This document shows positions 1 through 12,845 of a DNA stretch of 64,000 nt, piece after piece. The notes beneath the pieces are model-generated. The model was not told the DNA's origin. It did not search any database and saw only the letters and a program-made list of their open reading frames with translations. Origin of the DNA: Squalus acanthias (lineage: Eukaryota). Both the position numbers and the translations under genes were made by a program. Each line of letters starts with the position of its first letter. Positions within the stretch are counted from its first letter, which is position 1. The stretch covers positions 39,868,001-39,932,000 of the forward strand of contig CM059432.1 of assembly GCA_030390025.1 (NCBI GenBank), read 5' to 3'.

Positions 1-271
1 CTCCCAACGTACGAGAGCCCCGTACACACTGACATGCGCCTGCATTCGGAGCTCCGTCTCCCCGGGGACCGCCAGCTGACCATCTGTCGTGTCCGCTGCC
101 TACCCAGGCTGCACATTCCCCTCCCAATCTACATGCTCCGATACAAGGCAAACGCCTCGGGGTTATTTTTAAAAGGAGAGATGAAGGAAAACCCCGGTTA
201 CCTACTCAAGAATTTTGCCGGTTAAGAGAGATTTCCGGTTATTTGGGTGCCGGTTAAAAGAGAGTTTCCTG
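1..271. mobile_element. End of a Tc1/mariner-pogo (Tigger-like) non-autonomous DNA transposon, truncated by the window edge
   Basis: The minus strand reads TA|CAGGAAACTCTCTTTTAACCGGCACCCAAATAACCGGAAATCTCTCTTAACCGGC: a CAG terminus next to a TA target, with repeated TAACCGG subterminal motifs. It abuts the Gypsy relic. Confidence 0.6.
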
Positions 272-273
272 TA

Positions 274-1710
274 CTTGATTAAACTTACTCTCATATGTGC
301 CCTTACTCATGATAAGCAGTCTGCCGCCCTGTCGATACACATCAATATATTGCTCGTTGATCAATGGTTTTGTACGGAAGTCTTTCTCACGACTGCTGGT
401 GTTGCCGCTAATGGCATAGATACTGTAGATGCCTAGTTCAACATCAGGTGTGTTCACTTCAATATTGTGAACTCTTCCCTTTTGTTGTTGCTGCTTTGCA
501 TTGCCACTAGAATGGTTCTTGCTTCCTGCTTTTGATCTAGCTCTGCAAGCTATTGAAATATGGCCTCGCTTCTGGCAGTGAAAACACTTTGCATTTCTGT
601 ATTGGCAGGACTGTGGCGAGTGATTGCAGCGATAACAATTCATTGAACTGCTCTCACCGACATGCTTTTGACTTGGTGTCTCAACTTTAGGCTTGGCAGT
701 GGCTTTGTGACTGTAGACCTCAGTTGCATTAGTCGCTCGAGTTGGACGAAGCTCTCTAGCATTCTTGGATGCCATCTCCATAGATAGGGCAATTTTGCAT
801 GCTATGTCAAACGTTAGGTTCAGAGTGTTCAGTAATTTGGACTGTGTGCACTCATCAACCAGTCCACACACAAACTTATCTTGCAATGCACAATCCAAAA
901 ATGTGCTGAAGTAACAATGCAAAGACAGGTTTTTAAGAGCTACAATGTACTCACTGATGGTTTCATTTTGTTTTTGGTTTCTGGTACCAAACTTATAGCT
1001 CTCTGCTATTTCTAATGGCTTTGGGTGGAAATGGTCCAAGTTTCTCAACAATGTCCTCCAACAACACATCCTTCGCTTTCCCTGGCACGAGTAGGTTTGT
1101 CAACGTTCGGTAGACATCTGGTCCGATCTCAGTTAGAAAAATTGCTTTTTTACGTTCACAAAATTACTTTTTTATTTTGAGCTTGAACATTCTCATCTGC
1201 ACCTTCAGTCTCAATGATGTTCTTCGCCTTAAAGACATCTCCATCCATTCAATGCAAGAACTGAATGGTTTGCGAGCTCAGTCATACATGCCGAGGCTTC
1301 CGATGAATCCCGTAGGCACGGCAATGATTGTCCCGATCCCTTTGAACAGTGACTCCACTCTAACTGTGTACCTGTGAGAATCAACGCCACTGTTGCTGTG
1401 GATACATACACATGAAGGCAAAGCGGAGACAATTCTGCATCAGCATTAAAAGTAAAACATCGCAAAAATTCAGTTTCAGTGTTACAAATTCACCTTAAAC
1501 TTATCCACTCAAAAGGTTGAGTACTGTGTCCTTCCATGATCCCTAAAAATGGCTTTGTGATCCCATTCTCATCGCCAAACAAATTTAATATATGTGGGTA
1601 GAACAAATGAAGGACAGAGACACGATGAGTTGCTAGTCCATGTGCTTGTTTTACTAGGTCAGAGCAAACTGAGCATGCTCATACTAAACCATGTGATAAT
1701 ACATTAGAGT
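274..1710 (-). mobile_element. Ty3/Gypsy (Mag-like) LTR retrotransposon relic: partial 5' LTR, PBS, gag and start of protease
   Basis: ORF 254..1069 has gag-like segments (RNQKQNETISEYIVALKNLSLHC, LQDKFVCGL) and a CCHC knuckle CFHCQKRGHISIAC. The N-terminus is frameshifted. A PBS lies upstream. Confidence 0.8.
1560..1577 (-). promoter_or_regulatory. Primer-binding site of the Gypsy element, complementary to the tRNA-Ser(GCT) 3' end
   Basis: Plus strand ATCCCATTCTCATCGCCA versus the recalled tRNA-Ser(GCT) 3' end ATCCCATCCTCGTCGCCA (2 mismatches). Confidence 0.7.
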
Positions 1711-1715
1711 CATTG

Positions 1716-2200
1716 CCCGGCACTTGTGTGGCACGAATGTTACTTGCCACTTATTAGCCCAAGCCTGAATGTCGTCCAGGTCTTGCTGCATGCGGGCACA
1801 GACTGCTTAATTATCTGAGGAGTTGCGAATGGAACTGAACACTGCGAACATCCCCACTTCTGACCTTATGATGGAGGGAAAATCATTGATGAAGCAGCTG
1901 AAGATGGTTGGGCCTAGGACACTACCCTAAGGAATTTCTACAGCGATGTCCTGGGGCTGAGATGATTGACCTCCAACCACCACAACCATCTTCCTTTGTG
2001 CTAGGTATGACTCCAGCCAGTGGAGAATTTTCCCGATTCCCATTGACTTCAATTTTACTAGGGCTCCTTGATGCTACACTTGGGTCAAATGCTGCCTTGA
2101 TGTCAAGAGCAATCACACTCACATCACCTCTGGAATTCAGCTCGTTTGTCCATGTTTGGACGAAGGCTGTAATGAGGTCTGGAGCAGAGTGGTCCTGGCG
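1716..2200 (-). mobile_element. CR1-superfamily LINE fragment, invertebrate/Zenon-like family (RT region)
   Basis: Peptide FRQDHSAPDLITAFVQTWTNELNSRGDVSVIALDIKAAFD. DNA matches the copies at 55.4 kb and 63.0 kb. Confidence 0.8.
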
Positions 2201-2599
2201 GAAGGTAGGGTTTCTAAATTGACAGTATTGCAAATATAGTCTCACCAGTAATGTATACAATATTGTAATACAATGACTTTTTGCATACTCAAATGCCCTA
2301 GTGGAATATCTTAAAAGCCGTTGCATAGCCTTGCCCTAGAGAGAAGAGCATCCAGATGTTGGGGAGTGTACTTGATAGCTCTGACTTCAGCACCCTAGTT
2401 AAAAGTAGCTGCAGAAGTTGGGAATGTTTGCACTTGGAGAAAGCATGTGACAAACATATCAGCTTTTTGCCTTGCACCAACATCTGTATCAAATGTAATA
2501 TATATGTATTCTCTCCAATTCATTCAATTATTTAATCAATTCAATTAAATCACAGCAACAAACTCTACTCCCTTGCCATCCTGCTCCCTGGCCACTTAA

Positions 2600-2953
2600 C
2601 TTCAGTGCAGTACTGAGGGAGTGCTGCCGTCAGAGGTGGCATCTTTCGGATTAGACTTTAAACTGAGGTCCCCTCTGCCCTCACAGGTGGACATAAAAGA
2701 TCCAGTGACGCTTTTCGAAGAGGAGCTGGGGAGGTCCTGGCCAATATTTATGCCTCAACATCACTAAAAAAACATTATCTGCTCATTATCACATTGCTGT
2801 TTGTGGGACCTTGCAGTGTGCAAATTGGCTGCCATGTTTCCTAAATTACAACAGTGACTAAATTTCAAAAGTACTTCATTGGCTGTAAAGTGCTTTGGGA
2901 CATCCGGAGGTCATTAAAGGTGCTATATAAATATAAGTCCTTCCTTTCTTTTT
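2600..2953 (+). mobile_element. Deu-domain SINE (SacSINE1-like), 5' truncated
   Basis: Core GTCCTGGCCAATATTTAT and L2-like tail GCTATATAAATATAAGTCCTTCCTTT. Homologous to the copies at 29.8 and 32.8 kb. Confidence 0.75.
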
Positions 2954-2959
2954 GCACTC

Positions 2960-3566
2960 AGGCTGAACCCAACGTTGCACAACCTTGGTATCCTGTTCAA
3001 TCCTGAGCTGATCTTTAAACTTCAAATCCTCTATTAACATGACTGCTTATTTCCGCTTCTGCAATATTGCCCACCTCACTGGACATTGCTGAACGAAGTA
3101 CATTCTTTGTCACCTCCAGACTGAACTACTCTAATTCTCTGCCTGCTGGATTCCCATCCTTTACCCCTTCCACCACCCACCCACCCCGCCCATAAATTCC
3201 AACTTGTCCAAAACTCTACATGTATACTAACCTACACCGAGTCCCATTTGCCATAACCCTCACCTTTACTCACTCTCCATCACCCATCACCCATAATTTA
3301 AAATAATGGTCTTTAAATTCCTCAAGCCCTGAATTCCTTCCCAAAAATTCAGTTCCTCTGATTCCAGCCTTCTGTACTTAACTATTGATGGTAGAGCCTT
3401 CAGTGGCCTCAGTTCTATTTTCAAACTCACTCCCCAAGGCTCTCCACCTTTAGGAAGTTCAAAACCCATCTCTTCAACCATCACTCTCCTAACCTCTTGC
3501 TTCTTGGATGTCCATTTCCTTTGCCTATTTAAGCGCCTTGAGACATTAGGTGCAAGTTGTTATTGT
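2960..3566 (+). mobile_element. Degraded L2 LINE 3' fragment
   Basis: Similar to the L2 copies at 18.8-20.9 kb (ACCTCCAGACTGAACTACTCTAA). Tail GCAAGTTGTTATTG. Confidence 0.65.
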
Positions 3567-4377
3567 TAATGCTGCACGCTAACCAAAAACCTTCACAATC
3601 ACATAAATCTTGAATATTCCTAGACACTATGCACACCGTAGCAGTTTTTTGTTCCAATATGCACCACCATACAATTAGCCACAAAATCCACTTGGCGATT
3701 GAAAGCTAAAAGCATTAACTCAACAGCAGTACATAGTAATAAAACTTGTACTCTGGTTTTGAACTTTAAAAAAAATGAACAATTTAGTTCCTTGAGCTAG
3801 AGAATTTTATATAATTTTTCTTTTAGAATAAGTTTGATAAAAATTAATTCACTTCCTTAAACAATTTAGATGAATAAGGTTTAACTTATTCAAGCAGACG
3901 AACTGAACCTTAAATGCAGCCACTGGCAGGTACTAGGGTTTTGCTTGCATAGATCAGCCAACAATTTATTTCATAAAAGTGAGAACAGTAAATACTCAAA
4001 GATAATACAATCAACTTTACTTCTGCAAACATACTTCACAAAATATAAAATTTGAGGAGAGATGGTGGTGTGGATTGGAGCTTCAACATGATGTGCAAAA
4101 AGTAGTAAGATGCAGGCTCATTCCCCATGAGTCACCACATGGTCAAGTTCTTAATTTCAACCAAGTGGTGGTTAAAGATGCCTGTCAAGAACTATGCACT
4201 TTGTTCCTCCCAAAAAAGGGAAGGGAAAGTAAGATGGCTAAGCACCCCAGCCCACTCTTCCAAAGGCTAGCTGTATACCTATTTTGGTGGAGGTCTGAGA
4301 ACATGTGCCATGACATTCTCAGGGAATTAGTGTATTAGTGCAGGAGTGAAGGGGCAAAATTAAGTTAGGATAACCCC

Positions 4378-4575
4378 TATCTGTAATCTCCTTCAGCCCC
4401 TCAACACAACCCCCCCTACTCCACACCCCACCCAATTAGCCCCCCCATCTCCACCCCCCCCCCACCTCTAATTCTGCCCTCTTGAGCATCCCTGATTATA
4501 ATCGCTCAACCTTTGGTGGCTGTGCCTTCTGTTGCCTAGGCCCTAAGCTCTGGAATTCCCTGCCTAAACCTGTCC
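4378..4575 (+). mobile_element. L2 LINE fragment
   Basis: Peptide PDYNRSTFGGCAFCCLGPKLWNSLP. Near-identical to 19080-19185. Confidence 0.75.
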
Positions 4576-5204
4576 GACTTGCGCCCATCAAAAGGATGAA
4601 TAAAGTGGGAATGGCAATCTCTCACTGCTACTATGGGGTCGCTCTCGAGGTTGAACTTAAAAGACATTAGGGAAGTGCAGATAGAGCTTTATTCTGCATG
4701 TAATCTTCAAGTTCTTGATGCTGACAAGCAAATGAAAAAAACCTAAACATCCAAAGCTTAGGTTGCTCTCACTGACCCAAATGAAAAATGATCATGTAAT
4801 CCAAATCAAAGCTAGATCCAAGGGAATGATTAATAAATTGTGTGGACGCCAGGTATGCACAGGGATAAGCATGGCAGTGATGCACCAATAATCAAATAGC
4901 CTGCCAACACTCACCATCTGGGCTCACAAAGATTTTCCACTTGGGTGAGGTATTGGAGGAACTGTGCCCCCTGGAATCCATGCTTTCAGGGAGGAGTAAA
5001 GTGGGAGAAAATTAGAATTTTTAAAAAATTGGGCCGACAAAAATACTTTTGACAGTTAAATTGAGGCTACTTTTGAAATTGCAAGGAGCGCGCGCAACTG
5101 CTATGCAAGAGCCATTGATTCGCAGATGACTGCACATCAAACATGCAGTGGCTATGTAAAAATTATACAACTGTTTCCAATTTGAGCTTTCTATAGGTGA
5201 CTTT

Positions 5205-5333
5205 TCTTTGCAATGGTGTTAGGGGATATGGGCCAAAGACAGGTATATGGAGTTAGGTCGCAGATCAGCCATGATCTCACTGAATGGCGGAACAGGCTCA
5301 AGGGGCTGAATGGCCTACTCCTGTTCCTATGTT
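5205..5333 (+). mobile_element. CR1 3' tail fragment
   Basis: GATCAGCCATGATCTCACTGAATGGCGG...GGCCTACTCCTGTTCCTATGTTC, shared with many CR1 copies in the window. Confidence 0.75.
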
Positions 5334-5872
5334 CCAACCCAACCAACCTCTTTATAAAGAGGCATTGATTTGGCAACAACATAACTGCGCATGTGCAGTA
5401 AGTACCAAGTCACATTTATGACTCAAATTTCAGTTGGGACCTGCCATGATGTCAATGGACCTGACAATAGCAGCAACCACTTATCTTCATCAATGGAGCG
5501 CCTTGCCACCAAAAACCCTTCCTGAGGAAAGTTGCACTTCTAACAGCAGTAGCACATGGTTGTTTAAGCTAGTTTCCCCAATGGCAAGAATGCCATCTGA
5601 GGTAACGGCAAAGTAAATGGGGTGCAAGGTCTTTTTGACCAACCGGTTAAGTGTTTACTTGAAAACAGGTGTAAATCTAAAATCGATCATGCCAAAAGTT
5701 GTTTTTTTACCCCATTTGTCCTGGCAATTTAAATCCTACTCCTCCACAGGATTTTTCTGCTTGCAGTTGGCATGCAAAAATTTATTACATAAATCTTTTT
5801 TAAAAAATGCAAATTACCAGATATGTTTGAAGCAACCAAAACATACCAATTTCATTGTTATGTCCTAAAGGT

Positions 5873-5878
5873 TTTATT
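5873..5878 (-). terminator. Candidate distal polyadenylation signal of PLEKHF2
   Basis: AATAAA on the minus strand, followed about 25 nt later by GU-rich TGGTATGTTTTGGTTG, with TGTA motifs upstream. It sits at the edge of the repeat-poor block. Confidence 0.5.
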
Positions 5879-6297
5879 GCAGACTTAGAGACTCAAAGCA
5901 TTCACATCTTTTAATTTTACAATGAGAATACACATCAGAGCATGTACAAAGTGTACTTAAATAACATACTGAATTTGTGGAACCAATGTAGAAGATTTCA
6001 ACACCAGTTACTATTAATATTGTAAGTTATGTCTGCACACTAGCGACTTTATGCCTCGATTTACACTGTGATTGGGGCGTATTTGAGCCAATCAAGTATT
6101 TGATGTGCAATTTTACCTACCCAACTCAGTGTAAACCAGACTTGCCTGGTGGTTTCATATCGATATTAAAAATGTCAGCACAAAAAAAAGTATGAATAGT
6201 TCAAAGAATATTTCAGATACCAAACATTCTAAGTAGAGCACTCTAATGCCACGCACTTTTATCCTCTGAAGCACATTGGCATTTATGTAAATGATAG

Positions 6298-6486
6298 AAA
6301 TCTGAAATATAAACAGAAAATGCTGGAAATACTCAGCAGGTCAAGCATCTATGGAAAGAGAAACAGAGTTAACCTTTCAGGTCTGTGACCTTTTGTCAGA
6401 ACAGTCACAGACCTGAAGTGTCAACTCTGTTTCTCTCTCCATAGATGCTGCCTGACCTGCTGAGTATTTCCAGCAATTTCTGTTTA
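6298..6486. mobile_element. Penelope-derived fold-back element with a degenerate hammerhead motif
   Basis: Inverted arms of about 80 bp. TSD TATGTAAATGATAG (6284-6297) / TATGTAAATGTTAG (6487-6500). Sequence matches the Penelope 3' terminus at 17560-17670. Confidence 0.75.
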
Positions 6487-9400
6487 TATGTAAATGTTAG
6501 TTGTTGTTGATAAATGTTTATCGCTATTAGTGAACAGTTAGCCTGCCCATTAGTTGCGAATTTATAGAGGCTCTCAATTATTTTAAAGCCATGTCCAAAT
6601 TTTACCCATTTAAAATAATGATTTGCAGGTATTGTACACAGAACACACAGATGTGACGATTATCAAAACAATGCAAACTAAATCCATTAGATTAAGGGTG
6701 CGTTCGGTTGAAACCCAAATGGTTTTGTGCTAGTGAGGGTCAAAATAGAACAAATGTTTCACTGTTTTACAGCAAGAAGCTATGAAGTCCAATGCACAGT
6801 AGAGATCAGTTTATTAGTTACATTTTGATGACAGAATTTTATAATTAAAAAACCTTAATTTTTCCCTCACCAATATGAGATAAAGCTTTCTGAAGACAAG
6901 TTATAATGGAGACATTTCTTGCAGATACCCACTTGCACTAGAGTAGAAAATGGCCCAATTACAAGGAAGTCACCAACAGTCTCAGGAATACAACTGTACA
7001 ACTTGAAATACTGACACGTCAGACTAAATGTGCCCTAAAAACTGAATTACAAAGCAGTTCAGACAGTTTCTTTTTTAAAAGACAATTTTAGTTGTAGTAT
7101 AATACCCATTCTGCCTTAAATCACTTTATAACTTGTTAGTGTCAGATATCCACTAAAAGTATTTTAGGTAAGCAATGCAATATATTTATGTAACAAAATA
7201 CATATCTGTTACAAAGTACTGAGCCCTTTCAAAAAGATTGAAGAGTTTACACATTACCAAGAATAGTCAACACCAAGAAAAATATCTACATCCGAGACTT
7301 GGAAGATGAATAACTGAAGGAATTCTACACCAACATATACAATTCAAAAACAGCTTGCATGAACACCATAATCATTAACTGTAGATAATAAACGTTTCAT
7401 ATTGTATTGAAAAGCTCAGACATTTCACCGACACCTTCCAACTCAGTGCAGTATAGTGCAAGACTCAGCTTCTACATATGCGAGGAAAAACTTGAATGAC
7501 AAGAGGTTAACATCACATTTATAATTTTTTTTTGCAGGATTCTTACTGAAGTGACAAATTTGCAGTCAGCAAAATAAAGTAGTAAAGTGCCAAATTTGAA
7601 AAAGTACATTATAAAAAAATGATACAGCTTGACAAAAGAACTGTAAAGTTTTTAAAAAGTCATTCCTTTCTAGTACAGAATAGCTGTAAGATGCAAGCCA
7701 AAAGACAGGACAGCAATTAAGCACATTTTTAAAATCTTATTAATTTATGTACCCTTTGTACACCGATTTTTCCTGAGAAAGACAGCTTAGGAAAACAAGA
7801 TTTTCGAACTTCTGTTTTAGGTCATCACAATTTTACTCCTGCAAAGTTTAGCAATAGTTTATTATAGCTGGAAGTAACATGACTTTCTAGGATAGCTCAC
7901 CAACGGTAACTGGTGTACAGAAAATTCATTAAAGTTAATTTCTCTTGGGTGTAAGCTGGTTTGTTCTCTCCACCTCAACAACTGAATGTACGAGAAGGGC
8001 CACAGAAAAATTACACTACAGATTTTCTATAGATACTGACATTCTCCATGGAATTCACCTGATGAGCAACTGAAAATAATTTTTAACTAAGAGTTGATTC
8101 TCAGGATTCCAAGTCAGTGTAATTTTTTTTAAATGTCAGCTGCCCCAGTGATCTCATGCAGTCATGCCACAGTACGATGTTTAGTACATAAGGCCAGCCC
8201 TGTATGTCAGCCTCAAGTGCATCAGCTCCATCAAAAATCTATTTTACAATGGAGTCGATTAGCAATGTTGAAACTGAAGAAAAAGAAGTTTCAGTAAATC
8301 TGAACGTGATGCTTAATAAGTTTTTTTTTGTACCAGTATTTTTCAATCTAGTAAGATGGGGGGTGGGGAAGGGTCACCTTAATTAGCATTAACAGATTTG
8401 GTCACAGGATAATTTTTTTTTTATAAAACAAATTCCCTCAGATGTCTATCCACTGTTGACCAGGTCACTGGCATATAAGCACAATGTGAGGCATCTGCGT
8501 GTTCAAATACAGCGAGGCAATTAGGAGAATCAGCTGAATGGAACTCATCACACTCATCAATACTTGTAATGTAGGTGTCAAACGGGGAGAAAAAAAATTA
8601 TAGTTCCTGCCATTTTAAAAAAACATTTCACGGCACCATTACTGACTAAATATGGAGGGGGTGGGGGGGACGGGACACAAACAGAGCAGTAAAGTATTAA
8701 AACAATTGTATTTCATGCTACAACCCATTACTAATTAATCAGCCAAATGAAAAAAAATGCTCTAGTAAAAACATCTGAGGCAACATGCCCAGCAGTGTAA
8801 TGGCAAAGGAACACAAGGAATTAAAATCACTCCTATGAAAAAGAAACACTGATTTAGCCGAGCTCATCACCTTCCAGCAAAAATGTAGCACAGGTTAAAA
8901 AATTGGAGTTTGCCAACTGTTAGGTTTCTTTTCCTCTCAACACCTCAGTTTGAAACACAGATTATAGCAGCTTGAAACCCATAATACTGTCCATCAACCC
9001 CATTTATACTGAGCTTCAGCATAAATAGAAGCAGTTTGTCAATGGGTCAGAAATGTGAAACAGCAGCTCAGTTTGGTCAAAGCTGTGGGCAGATGGATTA
9101 GATAAGATCTTAACAGATCTGACAAGACTTGTTGCTACACCTTTGATATCACCACAGTGTGAACCACAGTATCACAGTGGATGATCAATACTGTATATCC
9201 AAGGGCAGTGGACATGAACCACAGCATCTAACCACGAAGCTTATTCTCTAGAATTGGCATTTGGAGAATAATGGAGGACTGCCACGGTTGCTGTTTATTA
9301 TAAACGTTTCACATCATTAAGCTAGCTGTTGTATAATAGATTTTTTTTTAAAGGAATAAGGTAGCAAAGATTGGATCTTCTACTGCACGCACAGAATATT

Positions 9401-11594
9401 CACCACAAACTTGCATCCTACTCTGCAGCTGGTCTTACAAACGTTGGGACACTATTCAAAAGGTTTTATTTAGGTTTTTTAAATATTCTAATTGATACTT
9501 GTTTACAAAAGGGAAAGTGAAAGAACAGTTTTGTGCAGGACTATGCCTATGCTACAGAACAATTTACACAATATCGAGTTAGTAACAAACTCCCTGTAAA
9601 ATGTTACCAGTGTACAAAGGGTTCATTTTCCTTGCATCACTGCTGCCATGTCAAGGCACTATATGGTCTGTAAGGAAATTCTCATTTCCACTTTACCTCT
9701 CATTCCCCCCCACCCCCACCTTGCTCATATGCATGAATTTGTTTAACATTCGCAGCTAATTAAATCTATTCACTGCTTAGGGAATAATAAACTAACACCT
9801 GAATGTCAGGATTAAGTTTGTGACCCTATTTAAGCACAATCCTGGAGGCTATCAAAGCTATCACTAGTTTAATCCAACTACTGAGCATTTCAGTTACGAA
9901 ACAGATTTCTGCTACTTTTAAAAAAATGCCATTTTGACTGAAATTTAATATGCCGCAGAAAACCAATCATAAACATGGTATTTGGTCTTACTTCGATTTT
10001 ACTATGAAGATTGGTATAGAACTCCTAAGTCCACTAGTTCAAGAATACCTCCATCATACTGGTAATTGGAAATCACAGTACTCCAAATTTGCCATGCAAA
10101 TCAGTTTCCAATTACGAGCAAAGATGGTATTGGCCATATTGACAAATGGTTTGCTCTTGACCACTGGAGAAAACAATGAAATTGCAATTTCTCCAATCCC
10201 GTTTTCCAGTCAGTATAATGAGGTAATGGTGTTATTCCATAGAAGTCAATAGAGCACAATTAATTCACATTTGCCTGCTCTGGCAGGAGCACCAAGTTTG
10301 AAAATCACAGCCAAACTGCTATGAATTGTGCTGATTAAGAATTCTGATTGTAATGATCTTTGAGCATTACAATATAAACAGGGCATTAGTAAGTGCCATG
10401 CAATAGAACAAGGCACGTGAATCAACAGTGATAAAAGACTTGTTTTTTTTTCCAAATAAGGTGTCAATGCCTAGCCAACAAGTCTTAGCCCCTCCCCCAA
10501 TTTAATTAACAAAGCTTTAAGAATTTGAGGGGGAGGGGGGAAGTGACCTTGTTAATGTGAACTGGAGTATTACATATTTGATCTCAAGAAACTCTATATT
10601 CGTAAAAGGTATTTAAAAGGTAACTGCAAAAGCAGGGAAATTGCTTTATAAATAGATATTAAGTGAGATTTAATCTGAAAAAATTAACATTTCCCCAAAG
10701 TAAAGTAATCTTGATTTTATGACAATCGTTAACAAGCTCCATAGCATTTCATAGAATGGCTTCAGACTTGTTCACAATACAGACTGCAAACCTATATACG
10801 ACCACTTGTGGCATAGCTCTACAAGATGTGGTTTTGTTGTTTGAGATTAAACAAGGGACATGGGGCAAGACAGCAAATTGTGGAGAGGAAGTCTGTGTGG
10901 TTTTTCAACATAAAGCATTTTCCCCATCAAGGTCCCAGTCTAGAGGAGCAATGTAAAATTAGACTTTTCTGCATTTGTTCAGCTTAGTCATATAGTTCTG
11001 TTACAGCACAATAAAAACCGTTTTAGTCGTGTCCTAAACACAAAGCTCCCAAGATATTTATTTTTTTATTTATTATTTTTTTTTCAACTGGCCAATATCA
11101 AAATTTGGCAGTTAAGTATATCTAAAAGTTTACCTGGCTAAATCTCACTATACATCCTTCCCCTTTTAAATCAACATTGCTGCTCCCGAAGTCCTTTTCA
11201 TAGCAGTAACAGTTAGAGCACTTTTCAATTACAAAAAAGATTTTTCATTTTAATTGTTGGGGAAAAATACACAAAGTAATAATGCAAACTGAGGACAATA
11301 AATTTATTTATTTTTTGTGCTGCCAGTCAGTAAATCAAGTAACTGGAAATGATCATGGTTACAACCAGCCCAAGAATGATATTTTGCAGTCAGCATTGTG
11401 TCCCTGCAGAAGAGATAGAGTAGATACCGTTAGTATATCCAACATTTAGGCACAGGTTTTGTATTAAGGTTTGCAGGTATAGTTTATGGCTAATTGTCAC
11501 AGGAGGAAGGTTGTGTGAAGTTAATACACCTCAAAAGCAGTTCATTTGAAGTTTTACTCCAATTATTTAAATACCAAAGCTGACATTTCACTTT

Positions 11595-12341
11595 TTAATC
11601 ACTGCTGTCATCATCGTCATCTTCATCAGATAAATTTCTAGGGCATTGGAAGGACCCACGGTAAAACTCAGAGTGATTTGGCAGAGTTGCAGTCAGCTGG
11701 CCAGTAGAGAGCAGATCGTAGCAGAAGGAGCACACACGTACTGGTTTGGAGGATTGGCTGGGAAGAAGGAATCGCTTTTCTGAACAAGGCCCACACACAA
11801 CAAATCCACATTTGCGGCAGTGATGTCGACGGCTGACTGGTGTGAATTTGACTTTCTGACAACGCATGCATATATTCGCCTCGGAATCAGGTACCCAAAC
11901 TGCAGCATGCTCATTACTGGGTACTTTCCCACTTTTTGACAACAAATCGGTGACACATTTGTTAATGTGATTCATCCACTCAGATTTCTCAGTAGCAGTA
12001 GCAGCATAAACAGCAAAGGATTTGGTTGGAGTCTTAATAAGCCAGCCATTACGCAGCTCACCATCATCTTCAATGGAATCAATTGTAACGTTCTCCAATG
12101 GAATTATGTGCTGCTTGTTGTACTTTTTCTTTTGGATGACAATATTTCCATAGACAAGGATGTCATTGAACAGGAAAAACTGCCTGGCTTTCGGCTTCTT
12201 TCGACAAAGCTTCGTAAGAACTCCCTCGCCTATCAGTACCCGACCGGGAATAGTCAGAGGTTGGCCAGCTGCTCCAAAGCAGCTCTCAACCATGCCAATG
12301 CGTCGAGCATTTGCCTCACTGTTTGCTAAGCGGTCCACCAT
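11595..12341 (-). CDS. PLEKHF2: Pleckstrin homology and FYVE domain-containing protein 2 (Phafin-2), 248 aa, single coding exon
   Basis: MVDRLANSEAN start; PH domain (GRVLIGEGVLTKLCRKKPKARQFFLFND); FYVE domain (WVPD, RRHHCRKCG, VRVC); acidic tail DEDDDDDSSD. Closely matches recalled vertebrate PLEKHF2. The true ATG is at 12341, 8 nt after a splice acceptor. Confidence 0.97.
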   Translation of the reverse strand: MVDRLANSEANARRIGMVESCFGAAGQPLTIPGRVLIGEGVLTKLCRKKPKARQFFLFNDILVYGNIVIQKKKYNKQHIIPLENVTIDSIEDDGELRNGWLIKTPTKSFAVYAATATEKSEWMNHINKCVTDLLSKSGKVPSNEHAAVWVPDSEANICMRCQKVKFTPVSRRHHCRKCGFVVCGPCSEKRFLLPSQSSKPVRVCSFCYDLLSTGQLTATLPNHSEFYRGSFQCPRNLSDEDDDDDSSD

Positions 12342-12349
12342 CTTGTTTT

Positions 12350-12365
12350 CTGTAAGGGAAAAACA
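12350..12365 (-). other. PLEKHF2: Splice acceptor of the PLEKHF2 coding exon
   Basis: Minus strand TGTTTTTCCCTTACAG|AAAACAAGATG, with AG at 12351-12350. Confidence 0.85.
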
Positions 12366-12589
12366 CAAATTATATGGTATTTTTAAATCTAGCTACCAAA
12401 CATTTGGCTTAGAGGGGAATTTTTTTTTTTTTAAATCGCACTTTATTAAATATAACTGATCTTTACGGTGGAAAATGAACAGTTGCAATTGACAGAATCC
12501 ACTACATAACCTAGGCATCTACTTTTGTTGCAAGGCAGCGGGATCAGACAGCAGACTATAGTTACAACACAAGGAATGGAAATCAATAA

Positions 12590-12845
12590 TGCAAATGTAT
12601 GAAAAGAGCTACTGGAGTGTATCACAATGAAAGGATAGCAAGCGCATTAAATCCTAATGGATTGTTAGGATATGAAATGCCCTACCATAAACAATGACGG
12701 AAGCAGAACCCGTAACTACTTTTAAAAGGAAGTGGATAAATATTTGAAGAAAAAAAATGGGTATGGGGAGAGGGACTAAGTGGAGAGCTCTTTTAACAAT
12801 TTGGCACAGGCACGATGGGCCAAATGTTCTCCTTTGGTGCTACAG
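12590..12845 (+). mobile_element. Old CR1 3' fragment
   Basis: TTTTAAAAGGAAGTGGATAAATATTTG...GGCACAGGCACGATGGGCCAAATG, a CR1-type tail. Confidence 0.5.

Larger units (their letters stand above)
5855..11594 (-). other. Putative long 3' UTR of PLEKHF2; shorter isoforms are possible at AATAAA near 11300, 11060, 9470 and 6810
   Basis: AT-rich and almost TE-free 5.7 kb directly downstream of the stop codon, in an otherwise TE-dense window. Confidence 0.45.

Noticed and set aside
12342..12368. N-terminal extension MCFSLTENK in the ORF track
   Set aside because: It starts at a non-ATG codon and crosses the splice acceptor at 12350. The conserved start is at 12341.
11668..12459. Overlapping alternative-frame and antisense ORFs over PLEKHF2
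   Set aside because: Shadow frames with no recognisable domains.
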